DNA of 29,101 bases, from the NCBI GenBank assembly GCA_035640795.1, contig DASQVL010000712.1:1-29101 (forward strand), written 5' to 3'. How positions within the stretch are numbered: the stretch's first letter is position 1; each line of letters begins with the position of its first letter. Of the stretch, positions 23,908 to 29,101 are shown one piece after another. A program made the position numbers and the translations under genes. The notes under the pieces are model-generated. The model ran no database searches and was not told the origin of the DNA. It worked only from the letters and a program-made list of their open reading frames with translations. Source of the DNA: Crenalkalicoccus sp. (GTDB taxonomy: Bacteria > Pseudomonadota > Alphaproteobacteria > Acetobacterales > Acetobacteraceae).

Positions 23908-25110
23908 ATGCAGCCAGACACGACCCTGCAGGACGGAGCGGCTCCCGGACCGTTGGCGGGCATCCGTGTCCTCGATCTCGCCACCTTCATCGCCGCACCC
24001 TATGCCGCCACGCTGATGGCCGAGTTCGGCGCTGACGTGGTGAAGGTGGAACTGCCCGGCAGCGGCGATCCGACCCGGCGCTTCGGCAGCATGACGAGTT
24101 GCGGCGACAGCCTGCCCTGGCTGAGCGAAGCGCGGAACAAGCGCTCCATCGCGCTCGACCTGCGCACGGCGGAGGGGGCCGCCACCCTGAAGCGCCTCGT
24201 CGCCGTGGCCGATGTGGTCTGCGAGAATTTTCAGCCGGGCACGCTCGAATCCTGGGGGCTCGGCTGGGACGTGCTGCGGGGCGTCAATCCGCGCCTGGTC
24301 ATGCTGCGCGTGTCTGGCTATGGGCAAACCGGCCCGTACAGCGGGCGGCCCGGCTTCGGGCGTATCGCCAACGCCTTCGGCGGCATCTCCTTCCTCGCTG
24401 GCGACCCTGAAGGACCACCGGTGACTCCCGGCTCTGCAACCCTTGCCGATTACATGTCCGGCCTCTACGGCGTGATCGGCGTGTTGATGGCGTTGCGCGC
24501 GCGCGACGCCGCCGGGGCGCCTGGCCAGGTGGTGGATATCGGACTCTACGAAAGCGTCTTCCGGATCCTGGACGAACTCGCCCCCGCCTATGACCTGTTC
24601 GGCAAGGTACGGCAGCGCATGGGCGCGGCGACCGTGAACGTCGTGCCGCACAGCCACTATCCGACCGGCGACGGACACTGGATCGCCATCGCCTGCACCA
24701 GCGACAAGATCTTCGCCAGGCTCTGCGCGGCCATGGAGCGGCCCGAACTGGCTGGACCCGACCGGTTCGCCACCATCGCACAACGTGAGGCCGCGCGGGC
24801 AGAGGTCGATGGCATCGTTACCGACTGGACTCGCGGCATGACGCGCGATGCGGTGCTCGCGGCCTGCGAACGCGCCCAGGTGCCTTGCGGACCGGTCTAC
24901 GCCATCGACGAGATCTTCGAGGATCCCCATTACGCGGCCCGCGGCAATATCGCGCATGTCTTCGAGCCACGCCTGGGCCGTACCCTGGCGGTGCCGGCAC
25001 CGGTGCCACGGCTCACCGGAACGCCGGGCGCCATTCGCTGGCTGGGGCCATCCCTCGGCGCGCAGGCCGCGGAGATCCTGTCGGAGTGGCTGGGCGAGAA
25101 GCGGACATGA
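23908..25110 (+). CDS. Class III CoA-transferase (CaiB/BaiF), GFG variant, 400 aa
   Basis: PLAGIRVLDLATFIAAP, RNKRSIALDLR, ENFQPG, SGYGQTGP, PGFG, LAD conserved Asp; RBS AGGTGAGG. Confidence 0.93.
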   Translation: MQPDTTLQDGAAPGPLAGIRVLDLATFIAAPYAATLMAEFGADVVKVELPGSGDPTRRFGSMTSCGDSLPWLSEARNKRSIALDLRTAEGAATLKRLVAVADVVCENFQPGTLESWGLGWDVLRGVNPRLVMLRVSGYGQTGPYSGRPGFGRIANAFGGISFLAGDPEGPPVTPGSATLADYMSGLYGVIGVLMALRARDAAGAPGQVVDIGLYESVFRILDELAPAYDLFGKVRQRMGAATVNVVPHSHYPTGDGHWIAIACTSDKIFARLCAAMERPELAGPDRFATIAQREAARAEVDGIVTDWTRGMTRDAVLAACERAQVPCGPVYAIDEIFEDPHYAARGNIAHVFEPRLGRTLAVPAPVPRLTGTPGAIRWLGPSLGAQAAEILSEWLGEKRT

Positions 25111-26012
25111 CGAGCGGACCGAACCGAACCTTCCTCTTCGCGCCGGGCGACCATGCACGGCGCGTCGAGAAGGCGCTGACGATCAATGCCGACGCCGTGA
25201 TCCTCGATCTCGAAGATGCCGTGGCGCTCTCCGCCAAGGAAGCGACGCGGGAGGCGGTGGTGGCCGCGTTGCAAAAGCCGCGGCGTGGACGTGCCTATGT
25301 TCGCGTGAACGGCTTTGCCACGCCGTTCTGCTTCGGCGACCTCGAGGCCGTGATCGGCCCCTGGCTCGATGGCATTGTGCTGCCGATGCTAGAGGATCCG
25401 GCCCAGCTCACCGCCGTGGACTGGGCGATGGCGGCGCTGGAGCGGCAGCGCGGCCTGCCAGAGCGCAGCCTGGACCTGATGCCGATCATCGAGACGGGGC
25501 GCGGCATGGCGGGGTGCCGTGGGCTCGCTGCCGCTGCCGCGGCACTCGGCGGCAGGATCAGACGGCTCGCCTTCGGTGCGGGCGACTACACGCTGGATCT
25601 CGGCATCACCTGGACGTCCGGTGAAGCGGAGCTCAACGCCGCACGGAGCGAGGTGGTGCTGGCCAGCCGCTGTGCCGAGCTGGAGGCGCCGATCGACACG
25701 GTCTTCACCGGCCTGCACGAGTCGGAGGCCTTCGCCAGTTCCTGTCGGCTCGGCGCAGCGATGGGGTTCCAAGGAAAGCTTTGCATCCATCCCGACCAGC
25801 TTTCGGTTGCCAACGCCGCCTTCGGCCCGACCGCAAGCGAGGTGGAGCGGGCACGGCGGATTGTCGCCGCCTTCGCCGAGGCGGAGGCAAGGGGCGTGGC
25901 TTCCGTCCAGGTCGACGGCCGCTTCGTGGACTACCCTATCGCTGCGCGGGCTCGGCGCACTGTCGAGCTCGCCAACCTGATCGAGTCCGCCGCGAGGCAT
26001 GCTCCAGCCTGA
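25107..26012 (+). CDS. CitE/malyl-/citramalyl-CoA lyase family protein, 301 aa
   Basis: RTFLFAPG, VILDLEDAV..SAK, YVRVN, PIIET, FGAGDY, GFQGK.CIHP.Q, G.FVD.P; ATGA overlap. Confidence 0.92.
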   Translation: MTSGPNRTFLFAPGDHARRVEKALTINADAVILDLEDAVALSAKEATREAVVAALQKPRRGRAYVRVNGFATPFCFGDLEAVIGPWLDGIVLPMLEDPAQLTAVDWAMAALERQRGLPERSLDLMPIIETGRGMAGCRGLAAAAAALGGRIRRLAFGAGDYTLDLGITWTSGEAELNAARSEVVLASRCAELEAPIDTVFTGLHESEAFASSCRLGAAMGFQGKLCIHPDQLSVANAAFGPTASEVERARRIVAAFAEAEARGVASVQVDGRFVDYPIAARARRTVELANLIESAARHAPA

Positions 26013-26130
26013 AATTTGCGCGACCCGTCGAGGCCATGGTCTGACGCAGCATCGCGTGTTCTACCGCCAGGCTGCACTAAGCCGGACGGTGCGCAAAGCC
26101 GGACGGTCCTTCGCGTGGTCCGTGCCCAGG

Positions 26131-26553
26131 TCAGCGGTGGTCGGGGGTCGTGAGCGGGTCGTCCCCCACGTCGACGACGAAGATGGCGAGCAGACGCGCC
26201 GACCGCGTGTCGCTGGCGTTTTCGCTTACCCTGTGGTGCGCGCCGGGCGGCTCGGACCAGCCCTCGCCGGGCCGGTAGACCCGCACCGGTTCATCGTCCA
26301 CCTGGCTCCGGATCTCCCCCTCCAGCACGTAAGCGTAGATGAAGGCCGATCCGGCATGGCGGTGCGGGACGGACCTGGCACTCGGTGGGTACTCGACCAC
26401 CACGGCAACCAGGCGCTTGCCAGGGGCATTGGGGATGGGCTGGTCGGCGGCAAGCGTGACGGTCTCGTGCCGGGGTTCGGGCTGTGCCACCCCGGGGGCT
26501 GGCGCGGAAAGTGCCGCAACGAGGGCCGCGCCCCAGAGGATTGCACGTCGCAT
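26131..26553 (-). CDS. Secreted cupin-domain protein, 140 aa
   Basis: Signal peptide (..APGVA); PHRHAGSAFIYAYVLEG and GEGWSEPPGAHH cupin motifs; GGAG RBS. Confidence 0.9.
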   Translation of the reverse strand: MRRAILWGAALVAALSAPAPGVAQPEPRHETVTLAADQPIPNAPGKRLVAVVVEYPPSARSVPHRHAGSAFIYAYVLEGEIRSQVDDEPVRVYRPGEGWSEPPGAHHRVSENASDTRSARLLAIFVVDVGDDPLTTPDHR

Positions 26554-26642
26554 CGGGACCACTCCGGCTGTTGGCGACGGCTGAAAACTGGGCCGCATCG
26601 CGGCCGGCAAACAGTGTCAAGACCGGCAGATCCGGCTGTACC

Positions 26643-28070
26643 GTGGATGGCGTGGCGACCCATTTTCCCATCGACGTCGACCGCGCCAGGAAGGCGCCAC
26701 TGGCCGCGCAGATCCACCGGGCCATCCGGGACGCCATTGTCGACGGGCGGATCGCCCCCGGTGCGAGGCTGCCCTCCTGGCGTGACCTGGCGGCCCAGCT
26801 CGGCGTGGCCCGCGGCACCGTGCAGGCGGCCTACCAACGCCTGGTGGACGAGCAATACGCCGTCGGCCTGGGGGCCGCGGGTACTCGGGTCGCCGATCGT
26901 CCGCCGTCGTCTTCGATGTCCGGCTGGTCACCGGACGCGGCGCCATTGCCGGAGCTCTTCCACAATTTCGGGACGGCGCCCCTACCGTTCCAACTGGGCG
27001 TGCCCTCCCAGGATGCCTTTCCCTTCGTGCTGTGGTCGCGCCTGCTCACGCGCGAGGCCCGCCGTGCTGCTGCGGCGCCGGTCGGGTACCTGGACCCGCG
27101 TGGCGATCCGGAGCTGCGGAAGGAGATCGCGGCCTACCTGGCCATAGCGCGCGGCATCCGGTGCACGCCGTCCCAGATCCTTGTGACAGCCGGCTTCTCC
27201 GGCGCCCTGGGCCTGGCCCTGCACGGTCTCCGGCTGGAAGGGCAGGCCGCCTGGATGGAGGATCCGGGCTATCCGCTCTCGCGCACCGCGCTCGGCCTGT
27301 CCGGCATGACGGTATCAGCAGTCCCGGTGGATGCTGAGGGCCTGGACGTCGCCACCGGAGTCCGATGCGCCGGGGGCGCTGCGCTGGCGGTGGTCACGCC
27401 GGGCCAGCAAGCGCCGCTCGGGGCGACGATGTCGCTCCGCCGGCGGCTTGCCCTGCTCGACTGGGCGCGGCGGAACGGCGCCCGGGTGATCGAGGACGAC
27501 TACCTGGGCGAGCTGCAGCTGAAGGGCCGGGCGGCACCGGCCCTCGCTTCCCTCGACCAGGACGGGCGGGTGCTGCACGTCGGCAGCTTCAGCAAGACCA
27601 TCAGCCCGGCGCTGCGCCTCGGGTTCCTCGTGGCGCCGCCGGAACTGGCCCGCGCCTTTGGCGACCTGACCGCCTGCCTGGCGCCCGCGCCGGCCGCGCC
27701 CGTGCAGCGCGCGGTGGCGGCGTTCCTGCGGGAGGGGCACTACCTCCGCCATCTCCGCCGCATGAAGCGGCTCTACGCGGCCCGCCGGGAGGTCCTGGTC
27801 GGCTGCCTGAGGGAGTTGGCGGCAGACGTGCTGAGGGTGGAAGCGGCCGCCGCCGGCCTGGCCGTGGTGGTCTCGCTGCCCGAGCATGCGGCGGACGTGG
27901 AAATCGCCTCGAGCGCCCTGCCCTTCGGCCTGGCACCCCGGCCACTGTCGCCCTGGTATCTGCAGTCTCCCGCACGGCGGGGGCTGCTGCTCGGCGTGAC
28001 CAACCTCGATGAGAGGCGACTACCGGCTGACTGCCGGCGGCTGGCGGAACTGGCACGACGGCACTCATGA
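26643..28070 (+). CDS. MocR/GabR-type PLP-dependent GntR regulator, about 475 aa
   Basis: wHTH GARLPSWRDLAAQLGVARGTV; aminotransferase-like domain with EDPGY, VTP..Q.PLG, IEDDY, SFSKT.SPALRLG; start GTG 26643 or 26652. Confidence 0.93.
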   Translation: MDGVATHFPIDVDRARKAPLAAQIHRAIRDAIVDGRIAPGARLPSWRDLAAQLGVARGTVQAAYQRLVDEQYAVGLGAAGTRVADRPPSSSMSGWSPDAAPLPELFHNFGTAPLPFQLGVPSQDAFPFVLWSRLLTREARRAAAAPVGYLDPRGDPELRKEIAAYLAIARGIRCTPSQILVTAGFSGALGLALHGLRLEGQAAWMEDPGYPLSRTALGLSGMTVSAVPVDAEGLDVATGVRCAGGAALAVVTPGQQAPLGATMSLRRRLALLDWARRNGARVIEDDYLGELQLKGRAAPALASLDQDGRVLHVGSFSKTISPALRLGFLVAPPELARAFGDLTACLAPAPAAPVQRAVAAFLREGHYLRHLRRMKRLYAARREVLVGCLRELAADVLRVEAAAAGLAVVVSLPEHAADVEIASSALPFGLAPRPLSPWYLQSPARRGLLLGVTNLDERRLPADCRRLAELARRHS

Positions 28071-28088
28071 CGCCGAGCGGCGTCATGA
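28065..28088. repeat. 10-bp perfect hairpin overlapping the MocR stop codon
   Basis: TCATGACGCC-GAGC-GGCGTCATGA; no U-tract, so not called a terminator. Confidence 0.5.
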
Positions 28089-28249
28089 AGGCGACCGTAT
28101 CGCTCGCCACCGCGACGCAGCGGTGCAATGCCATGGTCCCATCTGGGAATCGGCGCTTGGCGCTTTGATGCGGCGGATGTTCAGGATCGACCGGGACTTG
28201 GGTGGCAACCAGGCAGCCGCGGCAAAACCCCGGGCGGAGGGTTCAGGCG

Positions 28250-28360
28250 CGCGAGCGCCCCGGCAAGCTGCTGCACCTCGACGCCAAGCGCCTGGCCCGC
28301 TTCGAGCGCGTCGGCCACCGCGTCACCGACGTCCACCGCGGCGCCTCCGACAGTGGGGCG
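28250..28360 (+). mobile_element. IS481-family transposase remnant
   Basis: RERPGKLLHLDAKRLARFERVGHRVT resembles IS481 (ERPGEL.H.D.KKLGRF..VGHR.TG) around the first catalytic Asp; the flanks are non-homologous. Confidence 0.7.
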
Positions 28361-28548
28361 GCGCATCTGGGCACTACCCGCCCGGTGTGGGCGCCCATCG
28401 GGACTGCGCTGGATCCGCCTTCTGACCTTACCCGCGTTCTTTCGCGCGCCTTCAAGGGCAGAGAGCGGGCCCGGGATGGAGATCAGCGCCGAGTCGGGCG
28501 GCGGGCGCTGGCGGGACAGGTCAACACCCGCCGGCACCTCGCCGGAAA

Positions 28549-28690
28549 TCACGAGCCGCCTTGAGCCGCCAAATTGGAAGGCAGCCTCGCGCCCGACGAA
28601 AGCTGCCCCGTCTCGATGGCCTCTCTGATCGCCGAGTAGATCCATGCAGCCAGCGGTGTCCGTCGGCTACGATCCCGACGGGGGAGGGGG
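28549..28690 (-). pseudogene. Truncated MocR/GntR wHTH remnant
   Basis: DRSRRTPLAAWIYSAIREAIETGQLSSGARLPSNLAAQGGS* aligns by eye with the N-terminus of the intact MocR at 26643, with WRD replaced by N and an early stop. Confidence 0.75.
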
Positions 28691-28828
28691 CAGCCATCGC
28701 GCGATGGTACAGTCGGAATTGCCGGTCTCGGTACTGTCTTACGACCAGGACGGGGAGCATCTCTTCGCCACGACGCCGGCCGGAGAAACTCCGGTGCGGC
28801 TTCGAGCCCTCGCACAGGCAGGTGGACG

Positions 28829-29101
28829 TTGAAGGCAATCGTCGTGACGGATCAGGCTGCTGGAACGGCCGGGATGAAGCTGCGCGAGCGGCCCGAGCCG
28901 CCGGCAGCGATAAACGACGTCATCGTTCAGATTCATGCGTCGGGATTCGTCCCGACTGAGATGGAGTGGCCCTCGACCTGGATCGATCGCGCCAACCGCG
29001 ACCGAACACCGTCGATCCCCGGACACGAACTGGCCGGTGTCGTCACCACCCTCGGCTACGGCACGACAGGGGTGTCGGTGGGACAGCGGGTGCTCGGCCT
29101 C
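28829..29101 (+). CDS. NADP-dependent oxidoreductase, MDR/zinc-binding dehydrogenase-like (5' part only)
   Basis: TTG start, then KAIVVTDQAAGTAGMKLRERPEP...DVIVQIHASGF...PSIPGHELAGVV..LG.G.TGVSVGQRVLGL; open to the window end; not in the ORF track. Confidence 0.85.
   Translation, partial: MKAIVVTDQAAGTAGMKLRERPEPPAAINDVIVQIHASGFVPTEMEWPSTWIDRANRDRTPSIPGHELAGVVTTLGYGTTGVSVGQRVLGL

Noticed and set aside
26040-26075. QHRVFYRQ as a ParE/RelE toxin remnant
   Set aside because: Only eight residues of resemblance, with no supporting flanks.
28065-28088. Hairpin as a Rho-independent terminator
   Set aside because: No U-tract on either strand, and it overlaps the coding end.
1936-29026. The many long overlapping or antisense ORFs in the track (e.g. 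4122..5207, 10437..11990, 14597..16639, 18182..19543, 23761..25158, 25999..27147)
   Set aside because: Typical high-GC shadow frames of recognisable genes; no motifs, and Arg/Ala/Pro/Gly-biased composition.
1-29101. CRISPR array, tRNA/rRNA genes, intact IS or integrase
   Set aside because: No regularly spaced repeats, RNA-gene signatures or full-length transposase/recombinase were seen.

Overview
The window is a mosaic. (1) 1-1908 is a lower-GC block (about 47% GC in a sampled 60-mer, versus about 72% just past the junction). It holds a membrane-anchored DUF6298/GH-A-like hydrolase and the C-terminal stub of a Y-family polymerase, and is joined exactly at the hydrolase ATG to an internal IS66 transposase fragment. 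(2) 1909-3100 is decayed DNA: the IS66 piece, a broken UPF0175/DUF3368(PIN) pair, a perfect 13-6-13 palindrome with a Xer/dif-like core and a 5'-truncated nitroreductase. (3) 3180-16717 is a xanthomonadin/aryl-polyene-type type II PKS cluster in a high-GC host that looks Acetobacteraceae-like (inference). It encodes a divergent SAM methyltransferase, an unknown lipoprotein, GT2, XanC-like ACP, acyl-AMP ligase, two hotdog dehydratases, LpxL-type acyltransferase, LolA-like protein, MMPL exporter, KS, CLF, FabG and a flavin-dependent halogenase. The lead lipoprotein carries a permuted papain-like His...Cys signature and is my best candidate for an undescribed component. (4) 16933-26012 is a catabolic regulon: nitroreductase, MaoC hydratase, three class III CoA-transferase-family proteins, acyl-CoA dehydrogenase, HutC-type GntR, Bug transporter and CitE-like lyase, linked by a repeated TTGTnCnGACAA operator. 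(5) 26131-29101 holds an intact cupin/MocR divergon, then a decayed inverted paralogous module, an IS481 scar and the start of an MDR oxidoreductase. All family assignments are from motif recognition by eye; no searches were run.
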